From NCBI RefSeq assembly GCF_018350175.1, contig NC_058368.1:126482001-126546000 (forward strand): DNA of 64,000 nucleotides. Direction: 5' to 3'. Made by a program: the position numbers and the translations under genes. Every line of letters starts with the position of its first letter. Positions within the stretch are counted from its first letter, which is position 1. The DNA comes from Felis catus. Taxonomy: Eukaryota. Below, in pieces: positions 39,031 to 52,900 of the stretch. The notes under the pieces are model-generated. The model had not been told where the DNA came from. It searched no databases and saw only the letters and a program-made list of their open reading frames with translations.

Positions 39031-40669
39031 GATTTTTATTGGTTTTTCTAAGGATCTACTTTTTGTGCTATTATTTAAAATTAATATAGGTGAGCTTTTA
39101 TTGTAAATCTGGAAGAAAAATTTCTGGTCATTACTTATGCATTTTAAGTGTTTGTAATACATTCATAAAAGAAGTCTACTCAACTACAAAGGTATAGAAC
39201 TAAAAACAATCCCTCTAAAAATAAATTAGTTTTATAATATACACAGTTATAAAACAGCAACATGAAAGGCTAATATTTATTTACAATTTTAATGACATGA
39301 GGAATACTGAGTTCAGAAAATATTTCTCTGTAACAATCAGCATCCTCCCCAAAAGCACGATCTTCAGTAGACTGAATGAATGAAGAGAAAATGGTGGGAC
39401 GTGATTTGGGGAGGTGATTTGAGACCGTCTGTGAAAGATGATCAGAAGTTGGAATTTGAAGGTAGAAACAACAGACTCTGGTGATTAAAAAGATGATTAA
39501 AAGGGAGACAGAGAGTGAGAAAGAAAAAGTGTTAAGATGTGTGTTTGGGGAGCCTGGTGAATGACAGCGTCATTGGATGAGATGAATAGCACAGGAGATG
39601 GTGGAGTTTTGTGTGGGTCATGTTATCCTGGTGGTAGGTGGTAAGACAGTGATAAGACATGTAGTTGGTGATGCCAATTGGAGCAGTTGAGAGAGATGGG
39701 AATTTCAGACAAAGATAAGGCATCATTTCCCTTTAGATGATAGTTGAAGCTATGGAAAGAGAAATTTTATCCCATGATAAAACTATCTATTATGGAGTTT
39801 TGTACATATTCAGTAAGTCCCATGATCTTCCATTTACATATAATCTATTTAGGATGCCCATTATTCATATCATCTCATGCCAGCAACCTAAAGAATAAAT
39901 GAAGCGTTTTAGATTAAATGACCCAGAAACAAAATCCAAAACTATAAAAATTCATATTTTCTGACTTTATAGCCAGTGTTTTCTGCATTTGCTTCTCCCT
40001 TGTTTTCTGACCTGATTTTCTTTTGGTTGCTCCTTTTGTTCAATGAGCTGGCTTAGTTTAAGTATTTGAATGTAAAGCTTGGAGCAATTTAAGGGTTTCC
40101 AACACATTCTTAGATCCACTAGTGAACTATAATATGTCACATAGGTAATGAAGTATTGCTTGGAGAGTGCAATTTACCCGAAGGAAATCATTTTTAGCAG
40201 AAGATAATAAAAGGACTTTTCATGGTCAAGGATTTATGGATTCTTTCTGGGGAGCTCAGTAAGCTGGAATATATTTTAAAATGAAAAGAAGAAGAAATTA
40301 CAGTTTGATTTTACCCTACAAGATTTAAATCCACTTTTCAAATAGGTTATATGACAGAGTACATACCTGATTATCCTGTTTACAGTTACAACTTAAATGT
40401 TCGAAGTCTTAGGAATAATTTCTACTACAGATAGAGTACTCACATAATTAATTATAGTTAATTTTCCAAATTTTGAATGGAATTCAAATTTAGATGAGAA
40501 AATATTTCAGGAAATTCTCAAAGCAATGATAAAGTAATCGTGAAGTCCCTTCAGATCATGCTTTTCCTCTCCAAAGTCTCCCACAATTGCATTTGAAAAA
40601 TCTTTGAATTTATTAGTAAATATCTTTCCAAGAATGCTTAAACTCGTTTCACAGAAATTATTCAGAAGC

Positions 40670-40840
40670 ATTTGTTCATTTATTCTCTCATTCAACAGAT
40701 TTTTATTGAGTGTGTACTATGTCACAGGGGCTGTCCCAGGTGGTGAAGATATGAAACAAAAATATTCCAGACAGTGTATATTCTAAATAAAAAGTAAGCA
40801 AATAGAGAAATATATGCATACTATTTCAGGTAGTGATTAG
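40670..40840 (-). mobile_element. L2 3' end
   Basis: cattcaacagatttttattgagtgtgtactatgtcacaggggctgtcccaggtggtgaagata. Confidence 0.55.
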
Positions 40841-41128
40841 CAGATTACATATATATGCACACACACTATATGTAATATATAATTATATATAATTATAATG
40901 TGTTCAACATAAATATACATAATCTATAGAATTTCTTTAATGATATATATTACATGTTTAATAAATCTAGCTTCTGAAAAGGCCCATGAAAATGTACTTT
41001 TTTTAAATGTAAGGAAGAATCTCTTGTAATAAAAGTTAACTCTATCTTAGAGTGATAGTTTCATAACTAATTAGTGACAGAGGAGGACACTAAATATCAT
41101 TGCACACTGTAAAATAGAGAGAAAGACA

Positions 41129-41360
41129 GACACACCTGGGTGGCTCAGTTGGTTAAGCATCCGACTTCAGTTCATGTCATGCTCTCACAGTCTGTGAGTT
41201 CGAGCCCCGCATAGGGCTCTGTGCTGACAGTTTGGAGCCTGGAGCTTGCTTAGATTCTGTCTCCCCCTCTCTCTGCCCTTCCCTGCCTCAAGCTCTGTCT
41301 CTCTTTCTCTCTCAAAAATAAATAAACATTAAATTTTTTTAAGTAAAAAAATAAATAAAA
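41129..41360 (+). mobile_element. Can-SINE
   Basis: cctgggtggctcagttggttaagcatccgacttcag...(CT)n...aataaataaacatt. Confidence 0.92.
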
Positions 41361-41739
41361 CAAAATAGAAAGATAAAGTTTGGGAACAATAGGAACTGCT
41401 TTATATATGTCTATTATGTTGTGGTAATAGTAATGAAAACTTTACCTGCATCGCTTCATTTAATCCTTCCAACAAAACCCTATGAAGTATCATTATTCCC
41501 CTCTTATGGTAAGAAATTAAAACCTAGAGAGCCCAAGTGACATACCCAAGGTCTACCTAGTAAATAAGTACAAATTTGAGAGTTACACTCCGGCCTGCCT
41601 CTCTATTCACTAAGATGGTTATTGGAGAAAAGGCAGATTATGATTTAGGAATAAGAACTTGATTTTTAAAAATAAGTAGACTATTATTTAGCAGCCTGCT
41701 AAAATTATGCCATGGTTAATACAAAGTTTAAAATGTCCC

Positions 41740-42246
41740 TTATTGGTTGCATCATTTATGCTGCCCAAACCATGCTACAGCAAGTGACTTAAAATAGCAG
41801 TGTATTTAACTTATTATTCTATAGGTCAACAATTTGGACTGTACGCAGTTGGGTGGCTCTTCTTGTCTTGATGAGATTTTCTCATGTACAGAGTGGCTCT
41901 GTTTCTGAGAGTTGACTAGCTGTTGGCTGGGTAATGAGACAGTGAGGCTGTGGGTCACATGTGTCTCATCATAGACAGTCAAACCTGGGTTTGTTTACTT
42001 GTTACCTTGCCAAAGTTTTGAGAGAGGAAGGAAGCATGCAAGGTGTCATGAATCCTAGTTCCAGAACTGGCATATTGTTAGTTCATTCATCTCTCTTGGC
42101 CAAAGCAAATCACAATTCACATTCAAAGAGGTGGAAAAGTAACCGTCATCTTTTGATGGGAGAAGCTGCAAAGTCACATCATAAGAGGGACATGCAGAGA
42201 GGTAGGTAGGTTTGAGGAATGATGGCTGTTTTGGCAATCTACCACA
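41740..42246 (-). mobile_element. MaLR LTR (MLT1-like)
   Basis: agtgacttaaaatagcag ... ttggccaaagcaaatcaca ... ttgatgggagaagctgcaaagtcacat ... ttttggcaatctaccaca. Confidence 0.65.
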
Positions 42247-43299
42247 TCAGGCAAATGTGAGTTTGCCTTTTCCTCTAGAGTGAGTTAATCACATAGGAAA
42301 ATAATAATCAATATTGTTTTTTGAGATGCACACATATGTCTGTGTACGTATGTATATGTGTACATATATATACATTATGTAAGTTGTATTTCCACATGAT
42401 GTACTTACATTTCAAATGAGTACATACACTAAATTAAAATTACATCTCTTCTTTTGGAAGAGATAATGTCTTACTACATTTTCTTTGGTCCCTTTTAAGA
42501 GTTTATGCCTGTCCTATAGTAAACTCCCAACAAACATTGGGTGAATAATCCTTTGAAAACTTTATACAATGTTTTTCTTCCTTTAGTCCCAGAGAAAAAG
42601 AAGCAATCATCTATTCTTATATCACGCATGTTTGCCAGTGAGGGGGATGACATGATTTTTTTTTCTAGGTAACAGATAGTTCACCCCTCCAGAGTCTATA
42701 GTAGGCACGAACATTTAGTTACACCATGCATGTTCATAGTGGAGAATAATTGGTCTACTATTTCCTCTGGCAGAATCAAGCTTTATTTCTCCAGCTGGCT
42801 TTTTTAAAGAAAAAAAAATACTTTTTAAAATGTGCCAATATTAGACTCTGAAAGAAATAATAAAATTAATTCTTTCTAAAATAGTTGAAAATTGGTTCTA
42901 ATCCACTGGCCACTGATCTCATGATAATTACCTCTTGCTACCTTGGGATGCAAAAAACAAAAAGCAAACAAACAAAAAATGTAATATTCTGTCCCTATCT
43001 ATGCAGAGTAGATAAATGTGAAACTTATTATGAGGTTTTCTAAGCCCATGAGATCTTGGCAGTCCATTATGGAAATTCTAATCATTATGCCTTGCCTGGG
43101 ATTTGAAAAGTAAGAGATTATACAGTCTCACAGACTATATTTATCCCTTCTCCTACGCACCCCTACCATATCCCATGCTGAAGCAACAGTAAGATAAGGA
43201 TGTAGAGGGATTTACAAAGAATCTGCCTGTGGTTTCCTGGAGTTGGATCTGTGGATACCAACCTCATTTTATCACATAAATCGATGTGGGAAGGGGGCT

Positions 43300-43668
43300 A
43301 CATTCATCAGAATAATTAATGACAATATTATAGACCAACCCTAAAGTCTTAGTGACAGTGCAAAACACTACTTTTCTTGTATTATTTCTTTCTCACATCA
43401 TTGGCTGAAGCAAGTTGGGTACTTTTCTGTGTGGCCCTTCTTGAAGCTCAAGACCCAGGCTTCCTTTGTCTTATTGAGTCAACATTTTGGATTCCTTTGT
43501 TTTTCACTATAAGGAAAAGAGAACACGGAGGAGGCATATGCACTCTTACCTGCCATGGATAGGACTTCCCTCCCTCACATTCTATTGGTAAGAGTGAGTC
43601 ATAGCACCCATCTAGAGTGGATCCATGGAGTTGGGGGAATGAGAGCAACACAAACAACCTCTGTCACA
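43300..43668 (-). mobile_element. MaLR LTR fragment (MLT1-like)
   Basis: ctcacattctattggtaagagtgagtcatagcacccatcta ... aacctctgtcaca. Confidence 0.45.
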
Positions 43669-45309
43669 GAGAAACATTCAGAGAAGCTTGATTAACACGG
43701 ACTGTCAAAGTTAAAGCATGATAATGTTCACATCCCTCTAAAACCCATCTTATATCAAGGTACCATTGAAATACTAATTGTGAATATGTCATTTTTCACA
43801 TCAAATAAACAATAGGATGGTTTTTAGCATATGAAAGGATAGAAACTAAAGTATACCTTAAAGTACAGTCATGTCCTAAGGGCTTTTCATTAGAATTTTG
43901 CTACCTACAGCAAATATCATTATACTCAGTGAAATAAATGAGTTTAAAATATGTAAGTTAATGCATCAAAATCTTATCCGAAATTATGTGTATTTATCTT
44001 ACTTTTTTCTTGTCATGTTATTTCTAATTTATGTGTCCATCTCAATTAGACATGCATTTTCCACCCATGGCAAGAAACAAAACCAAAACCCAAAAACCAA
44101 AGGAATTATTAATTTCCTGGGGCCAAACCCTGGCTGCTTAAAACCATTCTTTGTGTATGTTTTCTTTTTCATACTTGTTGTTGTACACCTGACTGAGCCA
44201 CTCTAATAATTCAAGTGTTAAAGACCCATCTAAGAAATGGAACTATAGCTGATTGACTGGAAAAGCCCTTGATGAGACACATCTAACTTTGATCAAATGC
44301 ATGAGATCTATCTTTCATTTAGAACCTGACTACTCAGAAGGTGGTCATGCTTGAGCAGGTTGGGGGAAGTGGTAAGAGAGAGGGGTCTCTTAGAAAGTTA
44401 AAGCAATGCTAGTTAACTAAATCCATTAACCCAATTTTGAGAGTTGTTAATCATTGGAAATACAAGCCCCATCATACCTCCTGTCACCCCAATTTCCCCT
44501 GAATAGATATTCATATTATAATATCATGCACAACAGAGGAAGGGATGGACAGAAGGAGAGTAAGAGAACATAGGCAAAATGGGATGAACACTGGTAAAAA
44601 CAAAAAGAAGCTCGAATTTCAGTCATTTTCCCGTATTTGCAGGTAGAGATTTGGTGGAGGTCAACAATCAAGGAAGGAATATTTATCCAGTCCTGCTGTT
44701 CCTCCTTTGCTGCATCCCAGTCCCCCACTTGATGGAAGTGGGTAAAGAATGAGAAGATCCTTTTTAGAAGAAGGGAAGGCCTTATGTGTTTAGTCTTTTT
44801 ACATTGACTCTATGAGAAGGCCCCTGGAAGCCTTTTCTGCTTTCACATTCTCTTTTTCTGCATTGGGGAAAAAGGTTTGAGCCCTTTTTCTTGAAAGTCA
44901 CTGGACTCTGGAAAGGGCAAAATGCAACCTGGGGCAGAGGAAGCAGTACTATCTGCTGTCAGGTTGTTCAAGGCCAAAGGAGACAGGGAAAAAGGAGGCA
45001 GAAATTCAGGAAGGTATCTTTGTTCAATAATAAAACTTATAATGTAGAGTTTTCTGTGTGCTGATTCCTCTCATAAGCCTTGCAGTATCCTCAGAATTAT
45101 TCTCTTCTTCCTCTGATAGGAGGAAGGGGTAAAGAAAAGTATACAGTGATGTAAATTATATTATTTACATCCATACTGATATAATTACTGAGCACCAAGC
45201 CAGGCACCTTGCTATTAATTCTTAGAACACCCCATCAGAGAGGTACACAACAGATCATTTCTCAGCTAAGAAAACACAGTTTAAGTAATTGGTTCAAATG
45301 TCATAAGTA

Positions 45310-45642
45310 AGCTGGATGAATCTCAGAAACCTTAAACAAAGCAAAGAAAGCCAGATATTAAAGGGAACATACTGTATGAATCCATTTATCTGAAATCCTA
45401 GAACAAGCAAAAACTAAGCTTATAGTGGTAGAAATCAGATCATTTGTTGCCTGGGTGAGGTGCAGGAGCAAAATGACTTCAAAGGGGCCCAAGGGAACTT
45501 TTCTGGGAGGATGAATATGCCCTATTTCTTGATTGTGGTAGTTGCTACACAAGTGTATGTTTGTCAAAACTCACTGAAGTATGTGCAAAAATGGATGTAT
45601 TTTAATGTATATAAATTTTAATCCAACAAAATTGATTTAAAA
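45310..45642 (+). mobile_element. Old L1 3' end (L1MD/L1ME-like)
   Basis: ggatgaatctcagaaac...catactgtatgaatccatttat...gtggtagaaatcagatca...tttgtcaaaactcactgaa. Confidence 0.7.
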
Positions 45643-45979
45643 ACACACACACACAACGATCCTACCAGTATAGCGCATTCTTTCCTCAAGGAAACATTGC
45701 CAGAAAGAAAGAATCTGTATGTGTCTACATATGGGAAAATGGGATGGAGAATATAAGCACAGAATTGGTTGACATTAAAGAAAGAGCTGTTTATGTTTCT
45801 TCTGGTTGAATCATCCAATTAGTACTTCTGCATTTTGCTAGTCAACACCTGAATGTTTCACTGTACTTAATTAATAGATTCTTATTAAAATTATGTCTAA
45901 ATATGAAAGTATGCAGACTTCAGAATCCAGACATTCTTTTACTTAATTTTCTTCTTCAAATTAAAAGTAAAGCATGTTC

Positions 45980-46187
45980 GGGGCGCCTGGGTGGCGCAGT
46001 CGGTTGAGCGTCCGACTTCAGCCAGGTCACGATCTCGCGGTCCGTGAGTTTGAGCCCCGTGTCAGGCTCTGGGCTGATGGCTCAGAGCCTGGAGCCTGCT
46101 TCAGATTCTGTGTGTCCCTCTCTCTCTGCCCCTCCCCTGCTCATGGTCTCTCTCTGTCTCAAAAATAAATAAAACATTTTTGAAAAA
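45980..46187 (+). mobile_element. Can-SINE with young-type 5' half and older-type 3' half
   Basis: TSD taaagcatgtt at 45968 and 46188. Confidence 0.94.
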
Positions 46188-46594
46188 TAAAGCATGTTTT
46201 GTGGAATTAAGATATTCAGATGATTGCTTTAATTTTTACTTATCTTACATCTGTAGACATTGCATATGTGAATGTAAGGTATTGTTGACTAATATCTAGC
46301 TTGAAGTCAGTAGGAAATGTGGGTTATAAAATTAGTATTAGTTCAGATCAAAGGAATAGTATTAGCAGACCCATCTTTGGTGGGTGTTCTGCCTTGTAAG
46401 AACATTTTAAGAAGAGGTTTGGGTAAAATCTCTTTGTTATTTTTTGGAAAATTAATTTTCAAAAAAATTAGTCATCTTCCTCCTAAGAACTTCAAGTTCA
46501 AAGTATTACAATGTAACCCAATTTATTTGGGTGAAGGGGAAAGGGAAAGATTAACTGACACATAAGTAATAGCTAAAAGTAAATGTTACTTGTG

Positions 46595-47745
46595 TAAAAG
46601 ATCTGAACAAACATTTCATCAAAGAGGACATTCAGATGACCAATAAGGATATGAACAGATGCTTAACATCATTAGTCATTGGGGGAATCCAAACTAACAC
46701 CACAATGGGATACCACAACACGCCTATTAGAAGGCTAAAATTAAAGACAAAAATTAAAAGGAAAAATTTTAAAAAGGTGACAATGCCAAGTGCTGACAAG
46801 GTTCCGGAGCAAATAAAGCTTTCTATGATGGTGGGAATGTGAAATGGTACAGCCATTCTGGAAAAGAGTGTGACAGTTTCTTATAAAACTAAACATATGG
46901 CCCAGCAAATCCACTCCTGAGAATTCATATCAAAGGGACAAAAACTTAGGTTTATACAGAAAACCCTATGCAGATGTTTATAGCACTGTGACTCTTAATA
47001 GCCCCAAACTGGCAACAACTCAGATGTCCTGACATGGGTAATAATTAAACAAACTGTAGATCATCCATACCCTGGAATAGTACTCAGCAATAAAAAGAAA
47101 TGTACTATTGATACACACACCAATTTGGGTAAATCCAGGGACTTATGCTGAGCGAAAAGGTCATATATTACATGATTCCATTTAAATAATATTCGTGAGC
47201 TAACAAAATTATGGAAATGGAGGCAGATTAGTGGTTGCTAGGAGTCAGGGACAGAGGAGGGGGGTGGAAGGGAATGTGGCTCTAAAAAGGCAACATGAGA
47301 CATTCCTGAGGTGATAGAAATATTCTATAACTTGACTGTATCAATGCCAATATCCTGGTTGTGATATTATACTTTAGTTTTGTAAGATGTTAGCATTAGG
47401 GGACTCTGGGTAAAGGGTACACAGGATTTCTCTATATTATTTCTTACAACTGCATGTGAATCTATAATTATTTGAAAATAAGATGTTTGGGGCGCCTGGG
47501 TGGCGCAGTCGGTTAAGCGTCCGACTTCAGCCAGGTCACGATCTCGCGGTCCGTGAGTTCGAGCCCCGCGTCAGGCTCTGGGCTGATGGCTCAGAGCCTG
47601 GAGCCTGTTTCTGATTCTGTGTCTCCCTCTCTCTCTGCCCCTCCCCCATTCATGCTCTGTCTCTCTCTGTCCCAAAAATAAATAAATGTTAAAAAAAAAA
47701 ATTTTTTTTTAAAAAAAGAAAATAAGATGTTTAATTTTTAAAACA
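46595..47745 (+). mobile_element. Old 5'-truncated L1 (L1MC/L1MD-like; ORF2 end plus 3'UTR), interrupted near its end by a SINE
   Basis: ORF 46636-46842 (MTNKDMNRCLTSLVIGGIQTNTTMGYH) is homologous to the ORF2 C-terminus of the young L1 in this window ([27 protein letters not shown]). The 3' end reads caactgcatgtgaatctataatta. Confidence 0.8.
47489..47717 (+). mobile_element. Young Can-SINE (SINEC_Fc)
   Basis: Near-consensus and CpG-rich; 15-bp TSD gaaaataagatgttt at 47474 and 47718. Confidence 0.96.
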
Positions 47746-47759
47746 CACCAAATAATATT

Positions 47760-48440
47760 ACTCTCCTCTTCCGAAATGTTCATTAGTTTTCCATCACACT
47801 CAGAATCCAGTGACTCCTCACCGTTACCTCAGAGTCTTTGTAGAATCTGACCTCTTGCACCCCTCCCGGCTCATTTCTTACCATTATTTCTCTAACTTTT
47901 CATCTAACACATTTGACTTCTTTCCATCTCTTATTCACTCCAAGGCCATTCCCACTCAGGACTTTTAAACGTGAAGCCTGCAGCCTTTGGAATACTCTTT
48001 TTCCCAGATTTTAGCATGACTTACACCCTCCCTTAATATAGTTGGTCACATGTCACCTCCTTAATGTCACTTATTCACTTAATGTCATTTGCTAAAAGGT
48101 CACCTCTTAAAAGAGGACTTGTGTTACCAGTGTATCTAAAATAACACAGTTCCCTTTCCTATGTCATTCTCCATTCTCTGTTGCTGCTTAATATCTCTTT
48201 TGGGTATTTATTCTAACCTTTTGGGTATTTTGTCTACTTGTTTTCTTGTGATAAAATGCACATAACATAAAGTTTACCATTATAGTATCATTTTAATTTG
48301 TTTGTTTATGGTAGTAAATGGTAATTAAGTTCCAGTAGGGTAGAGGCCACATCTTCTCCACTCATTAATGAATCCTTTAGACCTAGAACAAATATTTTTA
48401 AAATAAATAGTGAGTTAATGAGTGACTGAGTGAGTGAACA
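47760..48440 (+). mobile_element. L2 fragment
   Basis: Pyrimidine-rich L2 body ending in a tgagtgactgagtgagtgaa-type tail. Confidence 0.5.
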
Positions 48441-49746
48441 TAAAGCAAGTTGGGAAAGTACACATACCTCCATGAGAGCATTTGTGTGTAAAATTTAATG
48501 CAGAAAAACATTATATACTATTTAGTCCTACTAGGCAGGTAACGGATATTGCTGTTGTGGGGGTCAGGGATACTACATTGTAAGTGAGAAAAGAGGTAAA
48601 TAATACCTGATGGCTGTTAGTATTTTGTAGAAGATATGAGAATATAATCTAAGGGAAACTTTTGCCTACAAATTTGTTAGCATCTCCTTTCAGTTGCAGT
48701 AATTTTTTTTTCTGGTTATTTCTTTTAAGCTGTCCTATTGAGGAATTAGCAGCCATGAGCCTATCTGTATTAGAATACGCAAAGCTTCGGCCCTACCGGG
48801 AGACAAAACATTGTTTGTGATCCACAAAGAACGGTGCCAATGATTTCAGACAGTGTAATAACTGATTGATTAAATGCTCTTGAATCCATGTGCACTCATT
48901 TCATTGCTGTTATTTGATTCATTTCCATGGATTCTCATCCTCAACAAAAGCATCTTCTCAATGTAAGCCCTGGGAGTACCTCTTGAGTTTATTCAAACTC
49001 TGTATTATTCATTTTATATCTTTACGATATCACCTTAGTGCCTTGCATGCTATAGGCTTTCCATAAATGTATGTTATAATAAGGAAATGAATAAACAGAG
49101 GATGTTTGATTCTATTTCACATTTTAGGAATAAGAACCTTTGATAAGTTTATTCACTTTGAAACCCTATGAAGTCATGGAAAACTATACTCTAGAAATTC
49201 TTAAGTAAAGTAGTTAATGAGAAATTTGCGTGTCCACTAATGACCATGACAGCCAACACTGCACACTAAATTCTTGAAGGACACAACGATCCTTTTTTAG
49301 CCTTGCATTGAAAACTCCTTTGGGTTTGCTGCAATATGTTTGTATGAATAGATGATGGACTGTATTATATTTTAATTCATTGCTTCTGGCAATTTCCAAC
49401 ACACGTATGATAGTGTGAATCAAATAGTAGGCAGCTATGTTTATTTGGTTAGGGATTGTATAGGTTGACATTCATTGTCCCTCAGGAATTCAGCACAGCC
49501 CAGTATAATTGACCGTATTTTATTATGTTTGGAATGTTCATTTTTTTCCCAAGCCAGCTATGTTCTAGCCAATTATGCAGTTAAATCAAAAATATTTAAG
49601 GTATTTTCAGCTTGTAAATGGTAGTTGACAGAGAAGGTGAATAAGCTATTACTCTGTATGCGTGGGTAGCCTGAAGTGTAAGGATCTCTACTTCTGCTCG
49701 GTGTTTGGGTCAGAGATTTGCTGAAAACCACTGGCAGGACAAGGAC

Positions 49747-49975
49747 CATGTTTCTCAAACTTAAGCATAAATTGGAATCATAAAGAGTTTGTTAGAGCAC
49801 AAAATTTGGGGGCTAATTATACCTCAATAAAGCTGGAGGGGGGGGAAACTATTTCTGGGCCCTTTTCCCAGAGATTCTGACCCCACGCATCTAAGGGAGG
49901 CACAAGAAATTGCATTTGTAACAAGCTCCCAGATGATGTCGATCTGTACAGCACAGACCTTAGATCACACCACCA
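49747..49975. mobile_element. MER5A-like hAT transposon
   Basis: tttctcaaactt ... cccagagattctga ... ttgcatttgtaacaagctcccagatgatg. Confidence 0.6.
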
Positions 49976-50395
49976 GGTTAACCAGAGTTAGCCATATAAG
50001 TAGAACTAGAGATAGGGGCTGTTGGTAATCCACTTGGCTGCAGTTTAGGTGGGAATTCACTGCAGAACTCAGTTGAGGTAGGAGCAGGAAGAAACTACAA
50101 CTTCTCAGAAGACAGATAATGAATGTGAAGCTAATTATGTGGGAGATGACTCATAGGATAATGGAGATGATTCAGGGAAAGTGGTTCAGCAGAATTGAAC
50201 AGAGATGTGGAAGCATCACTCAAGTAGTGATGCATGTGGAACGTCAGAGCAGAGCCAAAGATTTCTTTTATTGCTTCTGAAACTTTGAGCATTTTGTCCT
50301 AAGGAGACAACTAATTGCCATGCACATTGGAAAATACGATTATATGATGCTTTTAGATAGACTACGTGATATATAAACATAAGGTGGTCATAGCT

Positions 50396-50975
50396 GTGTC
50401 AGACATTCCTGGTTATTTTCCCAATATCTGTTCATCCTTTCTCCTTGCCAACAGAGCCATGGTATAATATGAACTGAGGACAACCAGATTGGTTTTATAT
50501 ATATCGATGGCCCTAACAATGACAACAGGTGTTATTGAGTGTAGCAGTATATCCAGTTATAAAATTTGATTTCTTAGCTTCCTGGATAGTTATGTGGACC
50601 CATATGACTGAGTTCTGGCTAGAAGGACATGACCCAGAGTCTTCTAGGCAGGCTTCTGGTTGTCCTAATGTTTTCATAATTTAAAGAAATAAAAGAACAG
50701 ACTTAGGTGCATAGCGCTCTTTGCCATTTCTTCTTCCTCCTCTCCTGGAATGTAGCTGTGGGGCTTGGAGGTGTAGGAGTCATCTTTAGAAGCATGAGGA
50801 CAAAAGCCAAATGAAAATATGGGAAAATCTGGGACCCTGGCATCCTGAAGCTTCTACATCAGCACTTGCCTGCCGACCCCAGATTTCTGTTGCATAAGGA
50901 AAGTATACTCATTTGGTTAAGCATTTGCTTTTGTGTTCCTGTTACATGGAGCCAAATAAAATTCCTAACAGATAA
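50396..50975 (+). mobile_element. MaLR LTR (MLT1J/K/L-like)
   Basis: tgtgtcagaca ... catatgactgagttctggc ... cctgttacatggagccaaa...ttcctaacagata. Confidence 0.6.
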
Positions 50976-52240
50976 AATGGTTATCATATATTGAGAATTT
51001 ACCGTATGTATGTATATGCCAGTTACTTTTCTAGGAATTTTATATGTAGTGTATCATTTAATCTGCATAGAGCCCCTGTATATTGTTCCATTGTTCCATT
51101 TTACCAAAAGCTTCTAAGAAGAATAAATCGCATTAAAAAAGAATATCCACCTGAAATAATGCCAGTGTAAATTTACTAGGGTAAATTTGACATTTATTTA
51201 TTTTAATCTGATTTAACTTCTTTTGACACATAGTTGATAATGTTATTGTCCTATGTATATTCTTCTAATTATCACTCTCCACCTCCTATTGGGCTGAAAT
51301 CAGATGAAACTTCTAACCGAAACAGTTTTGATTCTTGTAATGTGGTTGTAGACTATGGAGAGACACTGGCATAAGTAGAAATAGCCCCACTGTAGATGCT
51401 GCCAGTATATAACACAGCTTACCCATGCACATCCTGAAATTAGTATTGTATCCCACTGGCACAGAAGGTTTCATTAATTTTTTTTTATTGCAATTGCCTA
51501 ACTTAAAAGCGGGTCTGTGCTAAGTCATGTTCCTTCCTTTCCTCTTTAGAGAAAAGTGATTAGAACATTAAGTGGAGCAAATTGACCTGAACCTCAGAGA
51601 TAAAGGGAGAAATTAGCTTGCAAAGAAATGGTTCACACCATCTAGAATTTATTTGCAGCGTGGATATGGGGGTGGGAGGTTAGCAGCCTGGGAGATGAAT
51701 TGAGAATCTAGTTTTAAATTAGATTTTACTATCAGTCTGAAATTCTAGTTAACCTCAAAATGACTATAAATTTCTTTGGCACTTGAGTGTTCCACAAAAT
51801 CATTATTAAACTTCAAGTAATCATTTTAATGACTCCTACAGCCTAGTCCCCTATATGGAGAGGATCACACAAGTTTAGAAGATCCTGTCTTCTCAGTCAA
51901 CATGAAGTATACAGTCATCAGGCATAATCAGGGTCAAATCATACAATCATTAAATTTTAAAGGCCTTGGGGTATTAAACTGACTTAATATACCAGTTTAT
52001 ATACGCAACACCGTAGCTGAGAAGTGGAAGTCATCCGTGCTAGTATCAAAATCAGGACTAGAATTGGAGGCTTCTAAATCTTAGTTTAAAATTCTTTCTA
52101 GTCTCCCAGGGTCTCCTATGAAAGGTTTCCCTATAATTTGTTTTACATTCTAAGTGTCAGTAGATGTGTCAAAATTTTTAGCTGTAGACTCAAGGAACTG
52201 ATGACATTTAAATGTGTCTTTCTTTTTAAAATCAGATCTT

Positions 52241-52468
52241 GAGGGAGCTGGGTGGCTCAGTTGGTTAAGTGTCCAACTCTTGATCTCAGCTCAGATCCTG
52301 ATCTTGTGGTTCATGAGTTCGAGCCCCTCATCAGGTTCTCTGCTGATGTTTTAGTCTTGCTGGGGATTCTGTCTCTTCTTCTCTCTGCCCATCCCCCACT
52401 CATTCTCTCTCTCCCTCCCTCTCTCTCTCTGTCTCAAAATAAACAAACATTAAAAAAATTTAAAAAAA
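52241..52468 (+). mobile_element. Older Can-SINE
   Basis: gctgggtggctcagttggttaagtgtccaactcttgatctcagctcag...(CT)n aaaataaacaaacatt. Confidence 0.9.
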
Positions 52469-52759
52469 TAAAATCTTCCTCCCAAGGGTGGTCACATGTG
52501 GTATCATTTCCCCTTGACAGAAATAGAGAAAATCCCTATGTTCAAAGAGTTCAAGTCACAGCAGACCATACCCAGAGGCTGCAAGAATGTGGAGGGAAGT
52601 CAGCACAAAGGGATGGACTTAGCTTCCACTTAACCTGCTTCCTGAGCAGCTCCCTCAGTGCCAACTTACACCCCAAAGTACACTTAAAAGCAATTGTATA
52701 AGTTCAGTTTCCAAGGTCAGCTGACAACTCACTGGAGGCAGGAAGACCAGGTGTTTAGG

Positions 52760-52900
52760 CGCACTGGCTCAGGAGTCAGAATGCCTGGGGTTACATGCTA
52801 GCTCCACTGATAACTAGTTTTAAAATTGATCTTGAGAAAGGTGCTTGTCCTCTCTGTGTTTTGGTTTTCTCATCTACAGAATGGTTCTAACAGTATGAAC
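52760..52900. mobile_element. MIR
   Basis: ggagtcagaatgcctggggttaca...ctctctgtgttttggttttctcatctacagaatgg. Confidence 0.6.
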
